From Bispira polyomma (taxonomy: Eukaryota), in the NCBI GenBank assembly GCA_965649765.1, contig OZ287756.1:44950001-45014000 (forward strand): a stretch of DNA of 64,000 nucleotides, written 5' to 3'. Both the position numbers and the translations under genes were made by a program. Position 1 is the stretch's first letter; each line of letters opens with the position of its first letter. Below the pieces are notes generated by a model. The model had not been told where the DNA came from. It worked only from the letters and a program-made list of their open reading frames with translations, and made no database searches. Positions 36,901-50,339 of this stretch are shown here, in pieces.

Positions 36901-39514
36901 TTACCCCAGAGCGAGCCAGTGCCCAGAACTAACACGAATGGCTCAAACACTGATGCTGGTAGGTTAGACGGCAGATTCCATATTCTCAGTATACTCAGTT
37001 GAAACTCATATTCAACTCAAATTTGGCTCTGAGGTTATAATTTTGCACAGCTAAAACAGTATGGTATATCTGACTTTACTTACGATCTTTGAACATAATT
37101 ACACTTGTAATATATAAATTGAGAGGTCATATATGTTTTCCCATATTTTGACTTTTCAGTGTGGCTTTACACCTGATGAATTTTTTCATTAATTTAATGC
37201 CATCCACTTACATTATCTTGCCATAAAGATATCGAAAGTATTAATAATTGATTGTTACCATAATGTTATCTGATTTTCAGTCTATATATTTATATCTGAT
37301 TTCATATAGCACTGCTGTTTTTGTTCACACTAGTGAATACTTCGTTTTATCAAGTATTGCTACTTGATTTTGCCAGTATTAATATTTGGGTTTTAGAATA
37401 TTGAGTACTGGTATTTGGTTCTATACATTATTGACATCAGACTTTATGCAGTAGTGGTGATTAGTTTTATGCAGTATTTGTACCTTCTTTTAATTTAAGG
37501 TATTGCTATTTGACTTAAAAGTATTGCTGTCTGAATTTAAACAGTATTGGTAAATAGCTGTATCCAGTAATAAGTATTTGTATATTTATGCAGTATTAAA
37601 CATTGTAGTATTACAAATTTTGTTTTTGTACAACATTGATTGTTGTCATCTGATTGTGCACAGCCGAGGTATGTCTTTTTAAAAGTATTAGAAACTAATA
37701 TTCCTGAAGTAAAAAAAGTCTAGCAATAAATAATTATAAACACCACTAGGGTTCTTTGGCCTTCAATCATCTAAAAGCATTAGTTATGCAAAATAAATTT
37801 ATGTATTTAGGTATAAGTCACATAGGTGTAACTAAGTTTTTAGATGTGAATCTTTAGGATATCAACCTTTGCTATCGAACATATCACAGTTTACATCACT
37901 ACGATCATTTTTAGAACATTTTAGCACTCCTTATACATGTAATTCTTTTAAGGACTAATTATCATATGTCATATGTAAAAAAATTTGAGAAGTATTTATT
38001 TATTCCTTATACATGTAATGTCTTTGAGAAGTAATTCACACTTATTGTACATGTAATTATTTTGAGAACGACTTATCATTACTTGTACATATAATTATTC
38101 TGAGAAGTATTCATATTTCTTATATGTGTAATTCTTTAAAAAAAATAAATTATTCCTAAAACATGTAATTCTCTTAAATGTATTTATAACTTCTTATACA
38201 TAAAATTTTTAAAAAGAATATTGATCATTCCATTTACAATAATTTGCCCAGGTGCCCCGCGTCCACTGGATTGTAGTTGAAGACTGGCCTGTAAAGACTC
38301 CATTTGTGACAGAGTTGCTACACAGGACACCTGTTCAGTCTACACACCTGTGTATTACTACATCGTCTGTAGAGAAGAGAGCCAATGTGAGTGCACAGGA
38401 GAATACCTGGTAGCTAAGTATGCCCTTTTATAATGCCAACATCTGTCATTCCTGGTAATACCACATCCGTCACATCAAAAGAATCAGAAACCACCTGTCA
38501 CTGGACACTGCTATAACTGTGGCTAATGCCCTTGTGAGTAGCCGTCTCGACTAATGCAAGTTTCTCTTGTTTGGAGTAAACGAGTCACAGAGACTCAAAA
38601 GCTCAAGTCCATTCAGAACTACCTATTCGAGGTGATTTTTCGGCCCACATCTCTCCTTATGACCTTGCTATGCTGACTAACTTTACAATTGTATCACTGA
38701 TAATGCTGTTGCCCCTTTAAGATGCCTAGTATCAATAAAGCTGAATTTCTCATGATGTAGCTTTGATATGTCTTTGCTGAGACTGATTAAAACACTGTCA
38801 CAGATAGTTGTGTAACTGTCATGGATAGAACATTTTCTAACCCATTTTATCAAAATATCTATGATCAGGACAATGTTATATTATTTAGTATTTGTTGCTA
38901 TACTGGTCACTGAACATTACAATATTTTTTGTGTAAACTAGGTCAGGGGTTTTTCCCAAAGAAATCTTGCTCTGTCTTGGATCAAGGACCATGCTACCGA
39001 TGGCATCATCTATTTTGCTGACGATGACAACACTTACAGCCTTAAACTATTCAGTGAAATCAGAAAAACCACTCGGATTGGAGTTCTTCCTTCTGGTTAC
39101 ATGAAAGTTACTGGAGTGTCTAGCCCAATCGTGAAAGGTGGCAAAGTCGTAGGGTTCCTGGATTGTTATATACATGGTAGGAAATTCCCTATGGATATGG
39201 CTAGTATAGCTATAAATATTCAATACTGGCTTCAGAGAAATGCTACACTGTTCAATAACCCCAAAATAGCCTATTTAGAAACAAGGCTCCTAGAAGCCAT
39301 GGGTGTGATGTGGAGTGACCTCGAACCTTTAGCAGAAAACTGTACAAAGATCCTGGTGTGGCACACACAGACAAAGGAGATTTTGGCAGCAAAGATGACA
39401 ATAGACAGTTCACTGGAGGATAGTAATGTACCCAAGTTACTGGAAAGTACCAGGTTTACCAAGCATTCAGGCTATGTAAAATACAAAAGACTCTATGAAC
39501 TGCTTAAGTCCTAG
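33964..39514 (+). CDS. B3GAT: GT43-family beta-1,3-glucuronosyltransferase (B3GAT/GlcAT-like); exons 33964-33992 (tentative), 36742-36958, 38252-38386 and 38942-39514
   Basis: Type II transmembrane segment, then VITPTY, WIVVED, RGFSQRN, YFADDDNTY, FPMDMA and LVWHTQT. GT-AG introns with compatible phases (2,0,0). The first coding exon was chosen only for its phase match. Confidence 0.9.
36050..36632 (+). mobile_element. 3' fragment of a non-LTR retrotransposon in a B3GAT intron
   Basis: IKDLLYLRD...YEINVMLKYLCE resembles the 7960-8550 fragment; aataaa(tta)n tail. Confidence 0.55.
37930..38240. repeat. Degenerate minisatellite of about 38 bp
   Basis: Recurring tacatgtaattctttgagaagtattta-like units. 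Confidence 0.7.
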
Positions 39515-40224
39515 GAAATAAGCTATGATTATGTATTAGCAAAATACTGTGGTCTAGTAAATGCTGATTGTGCTGACATGCTGACATGTTTAGTGCCTAG
39601 TGATGTAACTTAGCACAGGGTTTTGTCATTTGCATGAGTAATTTAACGGGTATTAAAAGTTTTACCATTGAGCCAAAAAAGGTTGAGCATTTGTACCAGA
39701 GAAGTGTATAAATTACAAGCAAAATATTATAGAAACAACGAAAGCCGAACTAAAGCATGTCATTTTAGTTGGGCTAGATAAAAATGCCCGTGCCAATTTA
39801 CAATGCCAAGTACTACGTGTTTTATAACCTTAGATAAGGATAAACGAAGTCCACAGGGCAATTGATTCATCCATCAATCATGTAAAGAGCATGGACTTGG
39901 AGTGAACTGTCATGGTGATTTATTATTTACAAAAAAATGTTTTAATTGCCATAACCTTTAGTGTTACCGTCATACCCCAATTGTTCAACTAAGGCTACCC
40001 AAACTACTTATGGCAAAAATATAAACTCAAACCAAGCAGTTCCTGACTAAAGGTCATAATTGACCAAGGTCAGATGTCAAACGGAGGTAGAGTCACTAAG
40101 TCAAGCAACTCACACCTATGACGTAGCAAACTGTACAATGTTGTTCTGGTCTAAAATTTAGTTGTGTGTTACGTTGCTTTCAACAACTTAGGTCATATCA
40201 CGATAACCAAATTTAATAGTGGAA

Positions 40225-40376
40225 GATACCGGTGTTGACGCACTGTAAACCACCGACCTTCGACAACTTTAAAAAGTACCTGAAAAACATTTGCACATGA
40301 AGGAACGAAAAGGATTCGAACCCAAATTGGTGAGAGGCCAATGATTGTGAAGTTAACTACAAGGCCACTGTGACCA
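40225..40376 (-). mobile_element. Decayed tRNA-derived SINE
   Basis: B box gggttcgaatcc on the minus strand; the head resembles the SINE at 46002-46198. Confidence 0.6.
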
Positions 40377-41929
40377 ATAGGTCCAGTTTAAAGACATACA
40401 ATAACATACAATAAGCATAGCATTAACTATGTAAACTCACTGTTGTCTGGTGTGTCATAGTTTGTAAGATTGGCCTCAAATCCACAGCACGATCATTGTG
40501 GAATTACTTAACTTTAGATATACCAACAAGATTATCCATTCTAGTATTCCTAAATCCTCTTCAAACAAGCTTTTAATTAACCTGCCACCTTGGGTACTAT
40601 ACTACCTCTGAATCTGGCTTTGTCTGTAGACTATGTTTCTGAAGTACGAAAATGATTAATAGCACTTTGCATCCCACACTTTGAGAGACACACATCGTCA
40701 GTAAAATAGCTAGATATGAAATTGTGTTTGGGATGCCTGTAACAAATAAGAATTTTTCTATAGGTATTGCAAAGTATCATGTCCAGCAACCACAGACAAC
40801 CATCATGATATCTGTCATGATATCTGGTTCATTATTAATAATGACTATTTCTATTTAATGCATTTATATCCTAAACATTAAATAATATTCATATTTTTAA
40901 ATTACTTCATCTCGGTTGTATCATCTCTTGATATTCCGATTAAATTAATATTTAGGCACATGATGACATCACTAAAAATATTAGTCAAGAAAGATATTAG
41001 TCCATTATTATGCCATCTTTACTATTAAAGAATTCTCATATATGTATAACCTACTTATATACTTGTAAAATGGCACAGTGTGTTATTTATAATTTGACAA
41101 AAAAGTACAAAAGGTATAAAACCAAACTTTCAAAAAATATTAATTCTAATACAAAATAAATTGAAACAATTCTAATATGGGAATTTATAAAATTTAAGAG
41201 AAATGTTTCTGAAAAATCACAAGTAAGTCCAGATGTAGTATGTTGTTTTATTTGTGCCAAATTATAACTTATGTGCAAAATCACAATGCCAGACACTAGC
41301 AGTAAAATTTTGCGCAGGTGTAATAGATTACTTTGACACAAACTATGTAACACATTTTAAATTTTCATTCTATGCAAGAAATTAATCGCCTTACTTTGGT
41401 ACAGTATGGTGACAGTTAACTGTGCAAAAATACCTGTTGAGCATCTATAATCAACGATATATTGACATTGAATCAATTTAGTTCCTCGAATTTTTGGCAA
41501 TTTTCACCCATAGCTCAATTTCAATTGATAATATCTTCTATTGCATTTATTAGAAATTGTAAAACAGTTCAACCCGTCAAAAAGGACAAGAGATAACATT
41601 TTTGTCGATACCAAAATAAATGTTTTTGCAATAATGGAATAAAATGTTAGTATATATTCCGTGATAGTCAAGGTTTCATTCTAAGAGAAATTCGTGAAAA
41701 TGCTGTCCTAAGGTTTGAAATTTGATGACTGCATCATCTAAGAACAGTGTCACAAAGTCTCTTATGATAACTAAAGGTCAAAATAGAAGTTATGATATGA
41801 CAAGCTTTTGACATTAATAGTGGAAGTTGGAACATGATGTTAGAAGAGTTTATTTACAGATATAATTTTGTGCAGCTATACAGAAATCTGAAAAAAATAT
41901 GATACTCAAAATTTCAAAAGGCAAACACA

Positions 41930-42210
41930 CAGACCATCAACCTAAAAGAAAATAAACCAATATTATCTGTGAACGTATAAATTACAAAAAGAAATATCTG
42001 TCAATCTATAATCTAAAAAACAATTTTCCAATTAAAAGTTACAAAATAAAATTATATGTCAACCTGTTTACCTATAACTTATTTTTTTTATTATTTGTGT
42101 ACCTGTCAACCTATAAGTTACAAAAAATTATCTATCTGTCGACCTGTCATCCTGTCTATCTAAAAGTTAATTGACAAAATATTATTTGTAGACCTGTCAA
42201 CCTATAACTA
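41930..42210. repeat. Degenerate minisatellite of about 37-40 bp
   Basis: Recurring acctgtcaacctataa(g/c)ttacaaaa units. Confidence 0.7.
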
Positions 42211-42226
42211 AAGAAAAAAAAAAGAA

Positions 42227-45200
42227 TGAAGTGACCAGTCACTTTTACTTTGAAGCAGACTCGTGCAAGGCAAAGCCAGGGATAACTAGATTTAAAGTTT
42301 GGAGAGTTTATTTACATGATTTAAATCTTCAACTGTACATAAAAATTTAGGATAAAATAAATTTTTATAAACCCCATATAAATGAGTATAAACTAAAAAT
42401 TATAAAATGCTTGATAAAACTATAACGTGTATAATCAATCAAATTATGTCATAACTTGTGTAGGTATAAACTGATGAATATTCATCATTAAATATAAATA
42501 AAATATATATATCCTCCAATTTATTGGGTGGAGGGTGGGAAATTTTTCCACTTCTTGACACTTTGGTCACTAATTATTTAATGCCACATATGAGAAAAAG
42601 GAGGGAAAACCTTCCTCTATACTGTTTCTGATTAGCTAGCAGGTTAGTAAACAATTTAAGAGAGGGACCTTCCTTTAGCTAAGCTGTGATTGGCTTTAAG
42701 TCAATACCCACAGGTGTGTGGACACAGATACAGTAAACTACTGACTTTTAGCGACTGACTGGTCATGCTGTCTATGACCCCGCAGTGACTTACACAGTCG
42801 CTTTTACGTTGAAGCAGACTCGTGTAAGGCAAAGCCAGGGATAACTAGATTTAAAGTTTGGAGAGTTTATTTACATGATTTAAATCTTCAACTGCACATA
42901 AAAATTTAGGATAAAATAAATTTTTATAAACCTCAATAGCCGTAAATGTTTGAGGTATTATCGAAGCAGCATTAGTAGTTGAGTCAAGGTAGTGCCAAAT
43001 GGCATCGGATTTCCAGCACCCGTGTTTCTGAATATTTTGGAGCTTTATATTTGCATTAAAGGCCAATGAGGCACCTGATCTTCGCAGGCAATGAAAAGTA
43101 TGGCCTTGATGAAGAATACCCAGTTTTACTAATAGAGATCTTAATGCCTCTCTTAATTTTGATTCTGAGATGCATTTACCCCTGTAGCCTTTTGAAACAG
43201 GGCTCTAGCAGAAGTAACTGGGCGAAGCCAGACATTTTCCAAACACGAGAGCTGGATAATATTTACATTTTCTCTTGATTGGTTGGTCTTAGACCACTTA
43301 AGGACCAAGTGTATGCCTGGTGGAGCAAAGAGTACATCAGCCCTCGTGAGGTGTCGAGAGGGGTCAAAAGTGTTTGAAGTTGAGGGGGCTAGATTTGAAA
43401 TCCTTAAGAACCCAAAGAATGCAAATAAAATCGCAGTTCTGTACAACTCTGGGAAAACCAAAGTTTCACATAGTTTTGATATTTCTTGCAATTGTTTCAT
43501 GTCCAAAATGCCTTTAGGTTTAGGTGTAAACCTTGAGTTAATTGCTAAAGATTTCTGATACATAGTAATTCGATAGTCATATAACTGATGACTCTGAATG
43601 TGAAGCACCTTACATGAGTGACGAATAGCTGCAATGTAATTGTTAATAACTTTGTGTAAAATATTGATGTAAATATTCCATGAATGCAAGCAGAGAGGTG
43701 AACAAAAAGTGGTTGTCTATGTTATGGTAAACCATGAAGGCCATGTACAGTCTGAATTGTCTGTCGTATTGTCTCCGTGTTCTTGGACGCTGGCTGTCTT
43801 TAATTTTCGTCATAGCGTCAGAAATGAGGGTTCTGACTGCTAGAGGGTTACCTGTAATTATATATCATTATTCATTAAAAATAAGTCAACCTTAACTTCA
43901 TTCATAACAAAGTTACTTAAAATTTCTCTTTTCATTTCATAGCTATGAATACCTAGTTTATGCCATCTAGATAGGACGTCTGCTACAATATTCTTTTTTC
44001 CCTCTATGTGTCTTATGTTAAGGTTAATATTGTAATTTGCACAAACGAGCCATAAGTTTCTTAGACACCTGCTTAAATAGAGGTCCCTAGTTTTGGAGGA
44101 CTGCACAACAGAGACAACTGCGGCATTGTCTGACTGTATACTAACTGTTTTATCCTTGAATTTGTGTTTCCATAGTCTTATTGCTACCAGTAAACTCAGC
44201 AACTCAGAGTGAACTAGCGACAAAGATTGCTTAATACATAAGGGCAAGATGGCAGTGAATACATCACTGTCAGATACTCCACCGATGCCTTCTAAACATG
44301 CATCTACCTGTAATGATGTAGTTTGTACTATGTCATCACTTTGAAACTTTGTAGTGCCATTATAGTCAAAAAGGAATCTAAGAAACCAGTCTCTCTTAAA
44401 GTCCTGGTTTAAAGTTATAGTCTTGTCACTTGTCAAGTTTCTCAGTATATTTAGCATTCTGTTCATAAAAATCCTTACTGGTTTAATGCATCTATGAATA
44501 TAGAGCAATTTCCCCAGCAAGAATTGATATTTATTTTTTCTTACTTTATTCAGAGGAATAAATTCCCTACACGTTTCGTGTATTGATTGTAATTTATCTT
44601 TGTCTATGCTCAAAGATTTTTCACACACGTCAATAGTAATTCCCATACATGTTACACGTGTACTCGGCGGTACCAATTTGTCTTTGTTTATGGGGAGACC
44701 AAGGTCACTCAGTATTTTCTTCAGAAATTCGAAAGCTAAGGTCGCCTTACTCTCAGATTCTACGATGACAAAATGACGTCAGAGTTAAATCCACGTAATA
44801 ATTATGTTTCCAACTGTAGCCGAGTTTAAGGCAGTCAAAAGGGTCGACTCGCAAATTTCTAAAGGCGTGAGCCACGTCGACCTTTGCTATTTTTGCTGTT
44901 GGACCAATATGTTTAATTTGGTCGACTATCTGATCAATAGTTGGTAGTTTTAAAGTAAACCCGATATGGTCATATTCACTTTTAATGGTACAGTCATTTA
45001 CTGACGCCCCATTTGGGTGAGACAGACTTAAAATGAATCTTCTCTGTCCGTCGTCCTTTGGACGTGTCAATAAAGGAGAGCAATGTACTTCTTTGTTGTC
45101 GAGTGAACTAAAAGGGCCAATAATAGTACCTTTATTTACTTCTTTGGTAAAGTACCGGTCAACGTATTCAGGAAATTGTAAAGCTGAGTAGTGATTCTTC

Positions 45201-48130
45201 ACTTTTTGTGTGTTTAATCGATTCCTTTCATAAAAGGATATAGGAAAGCCATATTCCAAGTACTGCAGCAGTTGCTGATCTGGATAATCGCTTAAGTAGT
45301 GTTTCTACTGGTCTATATTAAGTCCAGAAATAATAGGGATTCTTGCATTCTGGTAGTTTGGCTGACCCGTCTCTTTAATTGTGTCAGCTATTCTTATTGG
45401 AGTAGCATAATCCTTAATATCGACTGGTTCTATACTTGGACATACAAGCTAAAACTTTGTGATACTGTGAGGAATAAACCCGTACTGTCTTATTGGATTA
45501 CATTCCCTATCATGTTCAGTGTCAACATTATTGAGTTTGTCTTCATCTAAGAAATGTGTGAATAAGTTGTCATTCTCACACATGAGTTCCTTGTGAGTAT
45601 TACTGTCGTTTCCTAACTGTCCCTGCCTAACGTTCAAGTCCATCTGTCTGGTAAGTGACTTGTTCATTATGTTATGAGGTGATGGTTTCTTGTGTGTTGT
45701 ACAAGTGTGATGTGTATTCTTCGTATTAGAATGAGCACGAGCTGTATTACTGTTGTGTAATTGTTCCTCATACTGTGTTCTAACCATGTCACCTGTTTCA
45801 CTAATCTGCATGTAACTAGAAGGTATAACTATATTACACAGTTTGTCCATGATGTCAATATAATAGTTTGCTTGCCCTATTTTTGCCCTTACATGTGAAG
45901 TTTTGTTGTGCTTAAATCTGTCAGTGTGATCATATGTCTTGTCTGTATGTATGTTTTTGCTTGGTTGTGGTAAATGATGTTTGAATTTTGAATTGGGATA
46001 ATTAACGTCCACTCTAGTACCTGTTTAGGTTATATTGGGACGGGTAGTTGGAAACGCTGGAGGAAACACTGCATACAGTAAGGAACTACCACCTTTCCCA
46101 CATAGGCATCGACGGGATTCGAACTCACGCCGCCCAGAGGTGAGAGACCAGTGATTGTGAAGCGCAATGCTTGCTAACCACTAGGCCACCGTGGCCCCGG
46201 TAAATGGTGTGCTACTATAACTGTCTGTGTGTAGTATGATAGAGGCCATACATCCTTTATGTTATGATCAGTTTTCATGAATGTTGCCTGAAATACATTA
46301 TTGTAACACAACTTATATACACCATTTAGGTTAGTATCACTTCTACACATAATATAAAACAGTTGGTTAGCATTATAGTTCACATTATAACTTCTATATA
46401 CATCTACAGTAACCCATTTGTATTCAGCAGTGGTCTCTGTACTACCATTAACTTGCACTACCTCATTACTAATTTTAGTGCTAACACTATATGACATATC
46501 ACTTGACCTATCTATATTCATAGTTTCAAAAGTACAAATTTGTTTGTCTTTTCCTAAATTAATAAATTTATCACATAAACTATTCTCATTGTCATTGTCT
46601 GTATTTTCCAACACATTGCCATAGATACTACTGTTGGTGCTAACTGGTTCATAAACAGTTGCCTCTGCACACAGCCTCCTGTCCTATTGGGTAGTAATGC
46701 TGGTAGATTGAGGTTTCCCGTTGAGTTTAAAACATTTTGATTCTGGATGGACATTCTCTCGCTTGTTAACTCTAAAAAAATTTGCACAAATATGTTTAAA
46801 ACTCGTAGTGTTGTTCTCATGGTCACCCGGGTGTAAACACTGGCCCCTCTGATAGTGCCTACAAGGCACCTTAGATTTTGTCGCGTTGATCGTGGTTGAG
46901 GCTGACATGGAAGCCTGAGAACACGAGATCCTGTTCATGCTCCATTTGTTTTCATCCGCCCAAGTCAGTCGCCCCTCTTCCAGATCATGCATGTTGCTCG
47001 CGTAGGTGGCCTTGGCCACCTGCCATGATATATTACTCACGTCCCGTAGAGTGTCCCCTAACTGCCTTAACATCGCTCTAGCTGTTGCTGCATTTCTAAC
47101 CTCCAAAATATTTTGAATTTGGCCTGAAGCAAATTGTGAAACAGTTAGATCATCATAAGCCGACAGTTTTTTAGAAAGGCCGATCAAACAGCTCTCATTC
47201 GGCCACCTGTACTGGGGGTCAGTAGTACATTTTTCTGAAGTATTAAAACGTCCAGATCTTTTTTTAGAATAAAGCTTACCGTGAAGTATGTCGTCGGTAG
47301 CCATGGACTCATATTGTGCCAACCTGTGGTTCACTTCGTTTTGTATGAGGGCAGAATGTCTTAATACGATTCCATTCCTGTGTCCACTGTTGCTCAGGGG
47401 TTGGGTAAGAAGGCCTGTCTGGGTTAATCGGCGTTTTGTATGTGCCCCAGTATGGATTCCCCACTGTCGAAGGCGCGTTATGGGGTTAACGGGTACTGAT
47501 GGACCCTACTGTCAGTCGTCCTGCTTCCAGTTTGTCAATCTTGCGTTGTTTGCCCCTGTGTGGGTTGTACTAAGGTGGTGGTGGGGGATGTGCGATATCA
47601 AGGAGTAGTTACAGGTGTGATTTTTGTAATGTGATCTTGACTATAACTCACGTTTCTTTGTAGGCAGTCATCCTGGCTAGCTTCCCCCGACGTCCTCATA
47701 ACATCCTCCTGAATCGTGGAATCACCACCCTGAGCCTTTAGTTCTGTGACATCCTTCTGTAGTGTAGACACGGATTGCAGTATAGTGTCCATCATTTCTT
47801 GCTGTTTTCTGCATATTTCTTCATAGGGATTGACACCGTGTTCACCTTGATTAGTCATCTCGCTGCTACCAGCCATTTCGCTGTCGCTAATGGGTTTCTC
47901 TGTAATAACTGTATCCAAGACACGGTTTTTCAAACACCTTACGCCAACCGGTCTCTCATGTTTTATTTTACATTTTGAACACTCGGCCAACTCATGTTGA
48001 CTCTGCCTGGTTTTTCCCTTTCCCATTATGGTATCACTACGTTTCCTACTGGTTACGACGTATCTTCCCATTAGTTACTACTTTACACATAAAAACACAC
48101 TAAAAACACTAAAACAAGTAAAAGTTGTAA
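42227..48130 (-). mobile_element. Near full-length decayed Ngaro-like element with split direct repeats
   Basis: gag (48071-46684, frameshifted), pol (46683-43858; frameshifts, SINE insertion, YxDD region deleted) and YR (43851 to about 42935, frameshifted). A 138-bp direct repeat lies at 42236-42373 and 42795-42932. The 5' terminal repeat was not found. Confidence 0.92.
46002..46198 (-). mobile_element. tRNA-derived SINE inserted in the pol N-terminal region
   Basis: Starts GGGGCCACGG, with A box TGGCCTAGTGG, B box GTTCGAATCC and tail gagtggacgttaa. Confidence 0.85.
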
Positions 48131-48379
48131 AGAAAACTTCATATAAGTTCGTTTTTTCCAATATGGCTGCTGCCAATATGGCTTCTTAAATTTTTCAATT
48201 GTTCAATGGAAATGTCAACCTCTAGCAACAAAATATTTTTTTTACAAAGAATAAAAACGTTTGCATCTTCTGTCAAAATGTGAGGCCATTATTTAGATTA
48301 ATAACTGCGAAATAACATTTTTTATATCTTTTGGTAGCTTACAGAAGTTGCTTTGTTTACCTACAATTTCCTCTTGATT

Positions 48380-49300
48380 GTTGTGGGTCAATGTCTGTTA
48401 GTACGCACAGATTTTATTGGTCACTGTATTAGCGATTCTGATTGGCTGACCACACACATGTGACGTTTTAAAGCATCTTAACAAATCAATATTGCGTGGT
48501 TTAAAAAGCACATGGACATAAAGATATTTGTAAAGCAAATTGAACAGATTAATATACATAAGGTAAATTTTAGAAATGTTATTGTATTTGTATGACAAAA
48601 TAAAGGGTTTATCTTACTTTTATCTTCTATTTTTATTTTATTTGTACTTGTTAACTATGACTCGATCGACCTAATCATCCAATCGTTCTTCCTTACTTAT
48701 ATATACAGCATAGTTTTGAAGTATGACATCAGTTTCGGGTGAAGGTCGTTAGAGAATCCATTTGTGTATTTACGCGATCTAATTTTTCATCTTTCCTTCT
48801 TGCTTGTATATATTTTATCATATATCTATATAGTTTGCAAATACCTTTAAAGCTGTTTATATTTGCAGTAACCTCAGTAGTAGTACACAGATAGATTCAC
48901 ATGTTGTTGACAGCTTTCGCAGTACTTGCATAGAATAAAATTAGTCTTTCTTGGAAACGGCCCATTTCTAATACATTTATATCTCCTTCATTTTAAAAAA
49001 AACACTGTAGTTACTGCCTGTGTATATTGACAGTTTAATATCGTCTTATGGAAGTTGGTATTATAATCTTGTCATGGATTAGCAAATATATGAATGGCTG
49101 TAGTGTGCTGACCCCTAGCGGATCGAGCCCAAGCCATTTCTAATGAAAATCAATTAATCTTGTCTAAGAGGTCTCACCTTTGAACTCATTGCTTAATCTA
49201 CTGCGCACGTGCATTGGAAACGGCCCAGTTTTTCACCCAATGACCGTCTCGTGTGATTTAATAAGGTCAGTCGCCAAATTTGATCAATGTTTACAACTAT
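48380..49300. repeat. Non-coding dispersed repeat; diverged inverted copy at 59230-60215
   Basis: Shared reverse-complement blocks, e.g. ctgattggctgaccacacacatgtgacg / cgtcacgtgtgtgatcagccaatca and taagaggtctca / tgagacctctta. Confidence 0.8.
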
Positions 49301-49585
49301 TTAATACCACAAATATGGCCGTTACGAAAGCTATCAAAGTCTCGCAAACTAAAGAATGTTTTAATGAATTAAACCAACTATATATGCATATAAGGTAATA
49401 TTTTGTCAAACTTTCATATAATAGTAATGTTTTTATTGAATCAAGCAATTTCATCTCTATTAGCCGTCCCGTCTATTGTTTTGAAAAATGGTATTTATCC
49501 CCCGTTAAAGGTCTTCCTTGTTTACAAAAATAAAACCTCTAGCGGTCGAAACCAAAATCAAAGGGCGTGTGTTCTCGCAACTTAA

Positions 49586-49717
49586 NNNNNNNNNNNNNNN
49601 NNNNNNNNNNNNNNNNNNNNNNNNNNNNNNNNNNNNNNNNNNNNNNNNNNNNNNNNNNNNNNNNNNNNNNNNNNNNNNNNNNNNNNNNNNNNNNNNNNNN
49701 NNNNNNNNNNNNNNNNN
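49586..49717. other. Assembly gap
   Basis: Run of N. Confidence 1.
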
Positions 49718-50339
49718 TAAAAATGCCTTTTACAACCTACGACCATGATTGCCTCCACGAAAAAGGGACATAACAGAATATGCAGTAATTGCGAGGTCAA
49801 AGGTTAAATCTTATTTCATAAACAAAATCAAAAAATAAAGATTTTAAAGATTCTGACTCGTCCCCAGTGCCAATCACATGTAACTGCCAAAAATTAACTT
49901 TAAATAATGGACGGAATTGGTAGATAGTGCTGTCTGCACGCAAAAAACATATACCCAATACATGATCACGCTGGGCCCCGCCCTTCTAGATAAAAACAAA
50001 AACATTTTAAAGAGGTTGTGAGGTTGACAATATTTTATACCATTTATATTTCGGAAATAAACTGCTGTATATTTTGCCATATGACTTTAAGTTTTTCTTT
50101 CTTTACTTGAATATTGATATCAGCTATACCTTCAAGATATTGTTCCAATACGGTTCTTCAGTAGTTAAATTACATTCATATATGAACGTACTAATGGACA
50201 AAATCAAACAATTTAATTCTTTTTCATACTTATTATAATTATGATTTTTAAGTCCAAAAGCTAGCATTATATCCCTTTTAGTCAATACTTATATTTATAT
50301 TTGAGCAAAAACGTTATTAAATGCACAATCTCTTTTATT

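Noticed and set aside
46100-46198. tRNA gene
   Set aside because: A and B boxes are present, but there is no convincing cloverleaf. It has a SINE-like body and tail, interrupts a retroelement ORF, and has a decayed relative at 40.3 kb.
49518-49800. ORFs spanning the N run
   Set aside because: Artefacts of the assembly gap.
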